Below the pieces are notes generated by a model. That model was not told where the DNA came from. It made no database searches and was given only the letters and a program-made list of their open reading frames with translations. The position numbers and the translations under genes are program-made. A stretch of DNA of 49,456 nucleotides from a virus (taxonomy: Duplodnaviria; Caudoviricetes), in the IMG/VR virus record IMGVR_UViG_3300034357_000413, positions 1-49,456 of that record; one strand, written 5' to 3'. Below are positions 25,196 through 33,787 of the stretch, piece by piece; the stretch's first letter is position 1, and every line of letters starts with the position of its first letter.

Positions 25196-26107
25196 ATGCT
25201 CAAGGCCATAGTGGACGGATGCGAATCGCTCGCGACCCCCAAGGCGGTCGGATCATGTCCCCTTTGCGATTCGCAAGTGATCGCCAAGTGCGGCAGCATG
25301 GTCGTCTGGCACTGGGCACACGCCTCGCTCGCCGACTGCGACTTGTGGAGCGAAGGCGAAACTGACTGGCACGCCGCCTGGAAGTCCCGGTTCAGCAGAA
25401 CCGAAGAGACGATCACCAGGCAGATCGGCGGCTCTGTCGTGAAGCACAGGGCCGACGCCATCACGAGCCGGGGGAGGGTCATCGAGTTCCAGCACAGCTC
25501 CATCTCTGCTGAAGAGATCAGGGAGCGGGAGCGGTTCTACGGGGACATGATCTGGGTGATCGACGGCTGCGAGGCTTACTTCAAAAACAGAGTCGGGTTT
25601 ATTTCTGTTCGGCCCGCTGACGGGCAGGAGTACGTCAAGTTCAAGTGGAAGTCTCGCAAGAGGTCTTTCGACAACGCCGAGTCGCCAGTGTTCGTGGACG
25701 TTGGGATGGCGTTTATCGAAGTTGGCGAGCCGTTCGTTAAGCACAAGGATTGGTGGGATGACTGCGACGATGGCCTTCGCGATGGCATTCGCCGTCACCA
25801 GGGCGTCTGGCAGAGGATCATCCAAACTCACTGCCTGCTTGAGATAAAGAAGCGATCGGAAGGTTTTGGGTGGGGACGGCTTGTGCCCCACGATGACTTC
25901 TGTACTCGCTTTGAGGGTGAATCAGTCGGGCCGTTCAGATACCGCAGGGCACTGCGCCTTCAATCTGCCGGGTGGTCCGACGATGGGTTTACATATTCGC
26001 ACGGCGTTGACCCGTGGCACAAAAACACATGGGGCCGATCCAGGCCGTGGCACTCGTGGTGCCATGAAATCCTGAATCCTTCCAAGGACGGAGCGGAGAC
26101 AGCATGA
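25196..26107 (+). CDS. CoiA-like PD-(D/E)xK nuclease with an N-terminal zinc ribbon
   Basis: CPLC...KCG...WHWAH...C...ETDWHAAWK, HRAD, VIEFQHS; start moved to ATG 25196. Confidence 0.8.
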   Translation: MLKAIVDGCESLATPKAVGSCPLCDSQVIAKCGSMVVWHWAHASLADCDLWSEGETDWHAAWKSRFSRTEETITRQIGGSVVKHRADAITSRGRVIEFQHSSISAEEIRERERFYGDMIWVIDGCEAYFKNRVGFISVRPADGQEYVKFKWKSRKRSFDNAESPVFVDVGMAFIEVGEPFVKHKDWWDDCDDGLRDGIRRHQGVWQRIIQTHCLLEIKKRSEGFGWGRLVPHDDFCTRFEGESVGPFRYRRALRLQSAGWSDDGFTYSHGVDPWHKNTWGRSRPWHSWCHEILNPSKDGAETA

Positions 26108-27858
26108 GCAACGAGATATTCAAGGCAGCGGCTCGGTACGCGGCGAATCAAGGCTGGCCGATGGTGCAGAACTACGGCATGAGGGAAGACGGCGGGTGCA
26201 TGTGCTACCTCCGAAAGTCATGCGCCACTCCAGGGAAGCACCCAATCCACACCGACTGGCTGCTTCACGCCACTATCGACGAAGAGACGATCGCTGGCTG
26301 GTTTGAGGATGGCGCAATGTTCAACATTGGTCTTCCACTCGGCCCGTCTAGCGGGGTGCTCGATACTGAGTGGGACAACGATAAGTCGTTCGCAACGGCG
26401 AAGCGATTTGGCCTGCTCAACATACCGACTCCAGGCTTTACGTCGTCACGCGGTGGTCATCGACTCTGGAGGCTGGACAAGCGACTGATCGACTTGGCAA
26501 GTTCCGTCAAAAAGATTGACGGCTTGGAGGTCCGGTTTGGCGGCGGCGGCAAGATGACGCAGTCGATCATTCCGCCTAGCGTCCATCACACTGGAAAGAC
26601 GTATGTGTGGGAGCCGGGGCGATCCCCCGACGAGGTCGACGTGGCAACGATGCCAGAGGCTCTTGTTCTCGCAGTCATCGCCGCCTGCGGTGATGAGCGT
26701 CGAGAAGGCGAGGTCACCAAGAACACGATCTACGAGCGAATCATCCAAGTGGGCGAGAGGAACGAATCCCTTGTGTCCTGGATTTCTTCGGAAATCATGC
26801 GGATGCGTGATCCGCACGACCCGGTCGAGCAGCAAAACGTGCTGATGATCTGCCGTGCGCTCAACCAGACGCGGCTGGCCGTCCCCATGAAAGATCACGA
26901 GGTCGTCTCAATCTGGCAGGGGCAGCTCCGGTGGGGCATGAAAGCCAGGGCATCTGGGGCCACGAAGGTCGCCAGCACCGACAAGGACGCCGACGAGAAG
27001 GTTCGCGAGGCAAAGCAGAAGAGCCCCCATACCGCCAGCGGCCTGGAAATCCGCGGCGGCGAGTGGTTCCCAGGTCTGTGGAGCCTGACTGTCGTTCACG
27101 GCGACCCCAAGGAGTTCCGGATCGGCGTCCCGCTGCCAGGGGCGACCATCGAAGACGACGAAGATCGAATGAGGGTGTTCGTCAGCCTGTCTAGCGCGGA
27201 CTGGTCGAGCCCGATTTCCGTCGCCAGGAAGGTCCTGGAAGCCACGGGAACCATCGACGTGACCGACCCGAACCCGAAGGAATGGGCCAAGATTTGGAAC
27301 GGCTATTCCTACAAGCCGGAGGGCGAAAAGAAGTCGGTCAAGGTTCGCGGCTTGAAAGTCAAGCTGATGGACGACCGTGAGGAGGAGTTCCCGCCGGCCG
27401 AACAGCAGCGTTTCGCCGTGGTTGCCGGATACCTCCTGGACGCCCTGTCGGGGGCGGTGATCCCAGACTCTGACTCCGACGATTCGACGCCCCATCCATC
27501 CGGCCGTCCCTGCTGGGTCAGGGGGGCCGACGGCTACGAACTGTATTTCTCATGGAGCCGGGTCTTCGAGGACATCCAGAAGACCAGGAAGGTCCAACTC
27601 AACAGCGGAGAGATGGTTTCGCTGAAAAGACGGATGCTCGCCTCCACGGGGGAGCAGGAGTTCCGCGTCGAGCGGTTCAGAACCGAGGCCGGCGTCCGGA
27701 GGAGGTACATCGTCTGGACCCAGAGCCATATTGCCCATCTTGAAGAGATTGCCCATCCTGACAGCAACTGGACCGAAAAAAGCCTTATAGAGGGGGGCGG
27801 AATTGAATTTCAGAAACCAATTATGAGCGCGGGTTTGCGGGTTTGTGGTCCAACGTGA
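26104..27858 (+). CDS. Bifunctional primase-polymerase (prim-pol) domain protein
   Basis: CMC...CATPGKHP, NIGLPLG...VLDTE, GGHR, PPSVH..GKTYVW, GERN (PriCT-like). Confidence 0.85.
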   Translation: MSNEIFKAAARYAANQGWPMVQNYGMREDGGCMCYLRKSCATPGKHPIHTDWLLHATIDEETIAGWFEDGAMFNIGLPLGPSSGVLDTEWDNDKSFATAKRFGLLNIPTPGFTSSRGGHRLWRLDKRLIDLASSVKKIDGLEVRFGGGGKMTQSIIPPSVHHTGKTYVWEPGRSPDEVDVATMPEALVLAVIAACGDERREGEVTKNTIYERIIQVGERNESLVSWISSEIMRMRDPHDPVEQQNVLMICRALNQTRLAVPMKDHEVVSIWQGQLRWGMKARASGATKVASTDKDADEKVREAKQKSPHTASGLEIRGGEWFPGLWSLTVVHGDPKEFRIGVPLPGATIEDDEDRMRVFVSLSSADWSSPISVARKVLEATGTIDVTDPNPKEWAKIWNGYSYKPEGEKKSVKVRGLKVKLMDDREEEFPPAEQQRFAVVAGYLLDALSGAVIPDSDSDDSTPHPSGRPCWVRGADGYELYFSWSRVFEDIQKTRKVQLNSGEMVSLKRRMLASTGEQEFRVERFRTEAGVRRRYIVWTQSHIAHLEEIAHPDSNWTEKSLIEGGGIEFQKPIMSAGLRVCGPT

Positions 27859-27938
27859 CGTAAATCCCTACACAGCAACACTTTACGGTGGACCACAAAT
27901 TGGACCACAAACGGACGAAAAAAAAGAGGTGGTCCAAA
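27842..27938. repeat. Iteron-like direct and inverted repeats, candidate replication origin
   Basis: TTTGTGGTCCAA 27842; TGGACCACAAA 27889; TTGGACCACAAA 27900; GTGGTCCAA 27929; A8 tract; AT-rich gap. Confidence 0.55.
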
Positions 27939-29581
27939 TGAAGGTAGCCAGGCTCATCGGCGGTGCGGGAACGGGGAAGACGACCGAGCTTCTCCAGATT
28001 ATGAAATCGGTGATGGAGCAGATCGGCCACGACCCGTCGGCCATCGGGTTCGCTTCGTTCACAAAGGCGGCTCGGGAGGAGATGGTCACTCGGGCATCCG
28101 AGGCTTTCGGCTGCCACAGTAGCCTACTGGACAAGCATGGGTGGTTCCGGACGGTGCATTCGACGTGCTACCGGATGCTGGAGGTCAAGAACGACCAGAT
28201 GCTCTCCGCTGACGATAAGGCGTCCCAGTGGGTAGCCGACAGGCTTAGGGTCAAGGTTTCCTGGAAGAAGGTCGCAGACAGCGGGTACTCGGCCTGTGTC
28301 GGGGATACGGAGGCTGCTGCCTCCCTGACGCTCTGGGACGTCTCCAGAAGCCGTATAGAGCCTCTGGCTTCTCTCCATGCCGCCAAGGCCAATGCGGGCC
28401 TGGAGGTGCCTCCTATGGCGACTGTGAAGCATTTCGTTAAGAAGTACGAGGATGCCAAGAGGCTGGACGGCAAATATGACTTCGTCGACCTCCTGGGGCG
28501 GTATGCCGGGGTGAGGTTTGGGCTCGACGGGCCGGAGGACGTCGAGCCAGAGAGGGCGCTGCCTCCGGGGGTGAAGGTCTGGATTTTCGATGAGGCCCAG
28601 GACTCGTCGTCCCTGGTGGACCGGGTCTGCCGGCGGCTGGCGTATGCGGATGGGGTGCAGTGGGCCTATCTCGCGGCAGACCCCTTTCAGAGCGTCTTTG
28701 GCTTCGGCGGGGCCGACTACAAGAACTTCCTGTCGTGGACCGTCGACAAAGAGCGGACGATGCCGCAGTCGTGGAGATGCCCGAAGCCCGTCATGGAGCT
28801 GGGGGAGAAGTGCCTGAAGCGAATGAAGCAGGGGTATTTCGATCGCGGAATATCCCCGGCCTCGCATGACGGGAAGGTCATTAGGGAGCCGTCGATCGAG
28901 CGGGCCATCGGCCAGATCGACGGCTCTAGGACGACGCTGGTGCTTGCCAGGTGCAACTACTCTCTGAAGAAGTTCTCCGACATCCTGGAATCCAGGAAGA
29001 TTCCGCACGCCATGATCAACGAGCGGGGGGACACAATCGCCCTGACCGCGTTCAACGCCTACTGGAAGCTCCAACACGGCCAGGGGATCGGCCACGACGA
29101 ATGGAAGGCGGCAATCTCCTTGACGCCCGTGAAGGCTACAGGGGAAGATATCTTTCTCAGGCGGGGCGAGAAAGCAGCCTGGACGAAAGGGCGAAGGGAA
29201 GGCGTCGACTTCATCGCCGCCGACGAGATCGTGTCTTTGGGGGGCGTTACGCCGGTATTGGCCGAACTGATCAAGGACGGCCGCTGGGCCGGGCTGCTGG
29301 ACGAAGGGACTCGCTGGTACAAGGCCGCGAAAGCCCACGGGGCCGATATCGCCACCCGGCCGAACGTGCGGCTCTCGACGATTCATGGGGCGAAGGGGAT
29401 GGAGGCCCAGGACGTCATCCTGTCGACCGAGACGGCCGCCCGCGTCGAGCAGGAGAGGGAGCTTGACCCTCGATGCCACGACGAGGAGTGCCGGCTTGAG
29501 TATGTGGCCGTCACCAGGGCCAAAGAACGGCTGGTCGTGTGCGAGTCCGACGAGCCTTACGCGATGGATTTGCCACTATGA
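27938..29581 (+). CDS. UvrD/Rep-like SF1 helicase
   Basis: GGAGTGKTT, SFTKAA, RTVHS, DEAQD, DPFQSVF, QSWR, STIHGAKGME, YVAVTRAKE; start moved to ATG 27938. Confidence 0.92.
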   Translation: MKVARLIGGAGTGKTTELLQIMKSVMEQIGHDPSAIGFASFTKAAREEMVTRASEAFGCHSSLLDKHGWFRTVHSTCYRMLEVKNDQMLSADDKASQWVADRLRVKVSWKKVADSGYSACVGDTEAAASLTLWDVSRSRIEPLASLHAAKANAGLEVPPMATVKHFVKKYEDAKRLDGKYDFVDLLGRYAGVRFGLDGPEDVEPERALPPGVKVWIFDEAQDSSSLVDRVCRRLAYADGVQWAYLAADPFQSVFGFGGADYKNFLSWTVDKERTMPQSWRCPKPVMELGEKCLKRMKQGYFDRGISPASHDGKVIREPSIERAIGQIDGSRTTLVLARCNYSLKKFSDILESRKIPHAMINERGDTIALTAFNAYWKLQHGQGIGHDEWKAAISLTPVKATGEDIFLRRGEKAAWTKGRREGVDFIAADEIVSLGGVTPVLAELIKDGRWAGLLDEGTRWYKAAKAHGADIATRPNVRLSTIHGAKGMEAQDVILSTETAARVEQERELDPRCHDEECRLEYVAVTRAKERLVVCESDEPYAMDLPL

Positions 29582-30048
29582 AAGACACCCTTTTCGACCT
29601 TAATCGCGAGCATCCCAAGTCAAGTCCGCGCAGGAAGACATTGGCTGATGCCCCCCAATTAGCAGCCGATTTTATAGAGAGCATTCCGCGAAGGGCTATC
29701 CAGGCACCCTCGCCGATCTTGGGGACTATCGACCATACCTACCGCTGCACCAGGCCGTCGTGCGGCGCGGAATGCAGCGACATCATCGAGGTGGCTGGCC
29801 GAGAGTGGCTGATCATGTGCGCCTTCTGCGGACTGATGCAGTGGGTTCCCGTGATTCAAGGCTTCCTCAAGCCGAAGCCTGCGGAGTTTCGATTCCGCGA
29901 CGGTCGGTTCGAGGGGCTGACGCTGGCCCAAGCAGCCGCCGAGCCCAAGGGATCGGAGTATCTGTCGTGGGCGGTGAAGAGCCACCCGCGACAAGACGTG
30001 AGGGACGAAGTCAAAACCTACCTTGACGCATTCGGCGTCGGCCGATAA
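29578..30048 (+). CDS. Zinc-finger protein with a short C-terminal GRFEGLTL...YLSW domain
   Basis: CTRPSC...CAFCG; ATGA overlap with the helicase stop. Confidence 0.6.
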   Translation: MKDTLFDLNREHPKSSPRRKTLADAPQLAADFIESIPRRAIQAPSPILGTIDHTYRCTRPSCGAECSDIIEVAGREWLIMCAFCGLMQWVPVIQGFLKPKPAEFRFRDGRFEGLTLAQAAAEPKGSEYLSWAVKSHPRQDVRDEVKTYLDAFGVGR

Positions 30049-30051
30049 CCT
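30023..30051 (+). promoter_or_regulatory. Sigma70-type promoter upstream of the csrA-like gene
   Basis: TTGACG-N17-TAACCT. Confidence 0.5.
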
Positions 30052-30081
30052 ACGCACCAAGACAAAGGAAAGGATTCCTCA

Positions 30082-30258
30082 ATGGCACTCGTTCTCACTC
30101 GTCGCCCCGGCCAGAAGATCGTTCTGGACCGCCCGCACATCGAGATCATCGTCGACTCCGTCGTGGGTAAGACGGTGAAGCTCGTCATCAAGGCTCCGAA
30201 GCATATTCGGATTAGCCGCGAGGAGCTGACTCTCCGGCTCCAGGAGGCAAAGCCGTGA
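30082..30258 (+). CDS. csrA: CsrA/RsmA-family RNA-binding translational regulator (58 aa, absent from the ORF track)
   Basis: Hand translation MALVLTRRPGQKIVLDRPHIEIIVDSVVGKTVKLVIKAPKHIRISREELTLRLQEAKP fits LVLTR..G..I / V.L.I.AP..I.I.REE; AAGGA SD. Confidence 0.88.
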   Translation: MALVLTRRPGQKIVLDRPHIEIIVDSVVGKTVKLVIKAPKHIRISREELTLRLQEAKP

Positions 30259-30358
30259 TATGTGGTTTCCCTCGACTTCATCGGCCATCGATCGCCTTCG
30301 CCGTTCACTGCTTGTTCCCGTTTGTTTCCGCGTTTCCCAGCAACCCAGGAGTTTTGCC

Positions 30359-30658
30359 ATGCCGAATGTTCTGACCTACACCGTCACCGCCGGCCCCGTC
30401 ACTGATGCTGACGTGGTCAAGCGGACTCTCCAGATCGTCGTGAACGGCGAGTCGAAGGATTCGACCGACTACCCGTCGGATGCCACGAAGTTCTCTGACC
30501 TGATCGTGAACCAGGATGACAGCGTCGTGATGACTTTGATTGACACCGACGATGCCGGCAACCCGTCGGCCCCTGCGGTCGTCGAATTCGTGGCTATGGA
30601 CACGATCCCCCCGGCGATGCCTGGGAGCTTCGGCGTCACGCTCGTGGGTGAGGCTTGA
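30359..30658 (+). CDS. Stand-alone Ig/fibronectin-III-like domain protein
   Basis: DDAGNPSAP...DTIPPAMP motif; AGGAG SD before ATG 30359. Confidence 0.55.
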   Translation: MPNVLTYTVTAGPVTDADVVKRTLQIVVNGESKDSTDYPSDATKFSDLIVNQDDSVVMTLIDTDDAGNPSAPAVVEFVAMDTIPPAMPGSFGVTLVGEA

Positions 30659-30671
30659 TACATACCGCCCT

Positions 30672-30705
30672 CCTACCCTCCAGGGCTCAAGCCTTGGAGG
30701 GTAGG
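30672..30705. terminator. Strong intergenic hairpin (terminator or processing site)
   Basis: 15-bp stem (one G-U pair) with TCAA loop; no clear U-tract. Confidence 0.45.
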
Positions 30706-30732
30706 GGCGCGGCTCATACGGAAAGGATTCCA

Positions 30733-30825
30733 ATGAATACATGGCTCAACGTCTTTGCGGTGCTGATGCTCACCGGCGCCGCTTTCTACGCTTCACTCAT
30801 TCCCTACATGACGAGAGAAAAATGA
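30733..30825 (+). CDS. 30-aa single-TM peptide (absent from the ORF track)
   Basis: MNTWLNVFAVLMLTGAAFYASLIPYMTREK; AAGGA SD; stop overlaps the next ATG. Confidence 0.6.
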   Translation: MNTWLNVFAVLMLTGAAFYASLIPYMTREK

Positions 30826-31037
30826 GCCCGAAGCCGAAGAGAATCCTCCTGGATCAAGACGTTTTTCACCTGGAGTGCGTCGATGACTTGCGGTGCGACT
30901 CCTACGTTGACGTGAGGATCGACACGATTCCTCATAGGAAGGATGACCCGGACTACTCGGAGTCGCCGGAGCTTCTAAGGAAGGTGGCTGTGTGGCTCTT
31001 GAGAGCGGCTGAATGGCTGGAGGGGGAGCAGGCATGA
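30822..31037 (+). CDS. Hypothetical protein
   Basis: MSPKPKRILL...; ATGA overlaps at both ends. Confidence 0.6.
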   Translation: MSPKPKRILLDQDVFHLECVDDLRCDSYVDVRIDTIPHRKDDPDYSESPELLRKVAVWLLRAAEWLEGEQA

Positions 31038-33178
31038 AGTACATCAGCATTTGCTCGGGGATAGAAGCGGCATCTACCGCATGGCACGGCCTGGGCTGGA
31101 CGCCTCTGGCGTTCAGCGAGATTGAGCCGTTTCCGTCGGCCGTGCTTGCCGAACGCTACCCGTCGGCTCCGAACCTCGGAGACATGAGCAAGTACCTTGA
31201 GTGGCCGGAGGAGCTGCTTGCGGAGTGCGACCTCCTCGTAGGTGGAACGCCGTGCCAAGCGTTTTCTGTCGCGGGGCTACGAAAGAGTCTTGATGACGAT
31301 CGCGGGAATCTCTCGCTGGTCTATGTCCAAATGTTTCACCACATTAACGAGGTAAGAAAGCGTCATGGAAGACAGCCAGCAATTGCTCTTTGGGAAAACG
31401 TCCCTGGAGTTCTCAGCACCAAAGACAACGCCTTCGGCTGCTTCATCAGCGGCCTCCTCGGGGTCGATGACACCGTTGAAGTTGAAGGCGGGAAGTGGCC
31501 TAAAGCAGGCTTTCTCGGTAGCGAAACCGTCCGAGTGGGTTATCGAGTCCTCGATGCCCAATATTTTGCCGTGGCTCAAAGGCGTCGGCGAGTCTTTCTC
31601 GTTGCCGTGCCTTGTGAGCTTGTCTCAAGTCTTGGAGAACGGGCCTGTCCCTCAGAGATACTTTCTCTCCGAGAAAGCGTGCTCGGGAATCCTCCGGCGC
31701 GCGGAGAAGCGCGGCAAGCAGTTGCCGGAAGCGTTGCGGAGCGCGCTGCAAGCGGTGGTGAGCCATACCACCTTGACCGAGCCATGTTCAACCAAGGAGT
31801 GAACGCCCAGTACGAGCCTCAGATCACCGATGACGGCGTGGCGGCAAGCATGGTGGCTCGAGGGCCGGCGGCCGTGATGTGGAGCGCCAGCGATCAAGCA
31901 AACGCCGAGAGGCTCGTCGATCACGCAGGGACACTTAACTGCAATCTTGGTCAACGTGGCGGATGGATTGCACCGAGCGTGGCCTTCGGCGGCAACCGCA
32001 CCAGCGGGCCGCTGGATGTGGCTACGAGCTGCCTCGAGAACGGGTCGCCGCACGGCAGGATGGACTTCGCGAGCGAGACGTTTGTGGTGAACGGTCATCC
32101 AGACCCCGCCTACGCTATTTCCGCTGGCAAGCAGGGCGAGGGCGGTGTGTTTGGAAGTGGACGTGACTCGCAGGATACGTTTGCGGTCGTTGCCTTCCAT
32201 CCCACTCAAGACCCGATAAGCAGCGTGGACGGATCGACGCACGCGATGGGCTGCGGCTTGAAGGGCGGGTGCTGCACGCAGGCGGTCGCCTTCACCAAAT
32301 CCAAGCGCGCCCAAAGCGCCACCGATGACGAGTCGTGGGTTCCTGGCGAAGTCGCTCCGACTCAGAATCAGTTCGATGTCGGGGATACACGGGCGACGAC
32401 GGTGGTGGCGTTCAACACCTGGGGTGGAGAGCCAAGGGCAGATCGACCCAATGGTGGCTTCTACGTTGAGGAAAACGCCGAGGCATCGAAGACTTTGGAT
32501 AGCCAAGGAGGACTCAACCCGTCAGCCTCGCAGGGGGGGACGGTGGTGGCGTATGGTCTTTCGACAACGGTAACTCCAAAGTTCGCACTTGAGCTTTCGC
32601 CAACTATTGCGACTCCAAGCCCTAGCGGTGGCGGCCAGCCGCAGTGCGTGGCGTTCACGAAGAACAGCCGCGACGAGGTTCGTCAGATCGATGGAGACGG
32701 CCAGATCGCTGGGGCGTTGCCTGCGGAGATGGGGATGCACCAGACGAACTATCTGGCGTTAACCAACCGCTCTCGAGGCGGCGTAAAAGTCCCGGAGGTG
32801 GTGAAGGACGGAGTCACCCCCGCGTTAACCAACCCAGGCAACGGCGGCCGAGCGGATGCCGTGAATGTCCTCGCGGACGCCCCAGTTCAAGTTCAGTGGG
32901 CATCTGGTGGCGGCAAAGTAGAAAACCCTACGATGCAGGCTCTTCGCACTAGCGCAGAGCACAACTACCAATTCGTGCGCCAGGCCATGCAAGTGCGCCG
33001 CCTCACGCCCACCGAATGTTGCCGATTGCAGGGCTTCCCCGACGAGCACTGCGACATCACCTTCCGCAAGAAGCCAGCCGCCGACGGGCCGAAGTACCGC
33101 GCCCTCGGCAACAGCATGGCCGTCCCGTGCATGGCGTGGCTGGGATGGCGAATTAAAAAGGCTACAGAGCAAGAGTAA
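31034..33178 (+). CDS. DNA (cytosine-5)-methyltransferase with an expanded variable region
   Basis: Motifs I (CSGIEA), IV (GGTPCQAFS), VI (WENVPG), VIII (QRRRRVF), IX (RRLTPTECCRLQGFP), X (ALGNS). Confidence 0.93.
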   Translation: MKYISICSGIEAASTAWHGLGWTPLAFSEIEPFPSAVLAERYPSAPNLGDMSKYLEWPEELLAECDLLVGGTPCQAFSVAGLRKSLDDDRGNLSLVYVQMFHHINEVRKRHGRQPAIALWENVPGVLSTKDNAFGCFISGLLGVDDTVEVEGGKWPKAGFLGSETVRVGYRVLDAQYFAVAQRRRRVFLVAVPCELVSSLGERACPSEILSLRESVLGNPPARGEARQAVAGSVAERAASGGEPYHLDRAMFNQGVNAQYEPQITDDGVAASMVARGPAAVMWSASDQANAERLVDHAGTLNCNLGQRGGWIAPSVAFGGNRTSGPLDVATSCLENGSPHGRMDFASETFVVNGHPDPAYAISAGKQGEGGVFGSGRDSQDTFAVVAFHPTQDPISSVDGSTHAMGCGLKGGCCTQAVAFTKSKRAQSATDDESWVPGEVAPTQNQFDVGDTRATTVVAFNTWGGEPRADRPNGGFYVEENAEASKTLDSQGGLNPSASQGGTVVAYGLSTTVTPKFALELSPTIATPSPSGGGQPQCVAFTKNSRDEVRQIDGDGQIAGALPAEMGMHQTNYLALTNRSRGGVKVPEVVKDGVTPALTNPGNGGRADAVNVLADAPVQVQWASGGGKVENPTMQALRTSAEHNYQFVRQAMQVRRLTPTECCRLQGFPDEHCDITFRKKPAADGPKYRALGNSMAVPCMAWLGWRIKKATEQE
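31365..31802 (+). CDS. Nested alternative-frame ORF resembling the M.EcoHK31I beta polypeptide
   Basis: SLSQVLE...YFLSEKACSGILRRAEKRGKQLPEAL; GAGG upstream of the ATG; wholly inside the MTase gene in another frame. Confidence 0.6.
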   Translation: MEDSQQLLFGKTSLEFSAPKTTPSAASSAASSGSMTPLKLKAGSGLKQAFSVAKPSEWVIESSMPNILPWLKGVGESFSLPCLVSLSQVLENGPVPQRYFLSEKACSGILRRAEKRGKQLPEALRSALQAVVSHTTLTEPCSTKE

Positions 33179-33182
33179 AGCA

Positions 33183-33587
33183 ATGGAATGCTACCTCATC
33201 CCCACCGCGAGGCTTCGACCCTCCGAACGGTTGTTGATCGCCACGAAACTGACCCGGCCTGACAGCGACTTCCAGCGGGCGCTCACCGCCAACACGGCTC
33301 AAGGGACGATTGCGTTGTGCCTGGATCAGGGCGAGATCATTGGCTGGGCCAGGACTGAGCAGTGGCAGGGCTGGAACACGCTGGAAGCCTTCGTTGATAC
33401 GGCGTATCGAGGCCGCGGAGTGGCGACGTTCGCTGCCGCGGGCCTTGTGGCTTCGTGCCAGTTCTTTCGCGGCTCCTACGCCTACGCCGCCGTCTTCCGG
33501 CCGTCGATGAAATCGCTGGGCCGGAAGGTCGGCGTGGCGACGATTCTGTTCCAGAAGCACACCGATGGAACGTGGTCGCTGGCATGA
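33183..33587 (+). CDS. GNAT-family acetyltransferase
   Basis: IIGWA and FVDTAYRGRGVAT acetyl-CoA-binding motif. Confidence 0.75.
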   Translation: MECYLIPTARLRPSERLLIATKLTRPDSDFQRALTANTAQGTIALCLDQGEIIGWARTEQWQGWNTLEAFVDTAYRGRGVATFAAAGLVASCQFFRGSYAYAAVFRPSMKSLGRKVGVATILFQKHTDGTWSLA

Positions 33588-33787
33588 CGCCCAAACAAGT
33601 TCTCACCGCCAGGCTTTCGGCCCTCAAGAGCATGTGCGACCAGACGGGCGAGATCCTGGACGAGGTCATCGAGCACGCTCGATCAACAGATTCGTATGGG
33701 CTGGCCGTGGCGGCCAGCCATCTGAAGGACTCCCTGCTGGTGTTCGGCAGGGAATGCGAAAGGCAAGTAATAAAGGAGTTCCCATAA
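33584..33787 (+). CDS. Hypothetical protein
   Basis: MTPKQVLTARL...; coupled by overlaps on both sides. Confidence 0.55.
   Translation: MTPKQVLTARLSALKSMCDQTGEILDEVIEHARSTDSYGLAVAASHLKDSLLVFGRECERQVIKEFP

Noticed and set aside
27845-27937. Extended N-termini given by the ORF track for UvrD and others (175, 10340, 14721, 21531, 25115)
   Set aside because: Downstream starts fit SDs, stop-start overlaps and family N-terminal motifs better
22326-29479. Long minus-strand ORFs such as 22326..23582 and 28124..29479
   Set aside because: Antisense shadows of clear helicase genes in GC-rich DNA, with no motifs
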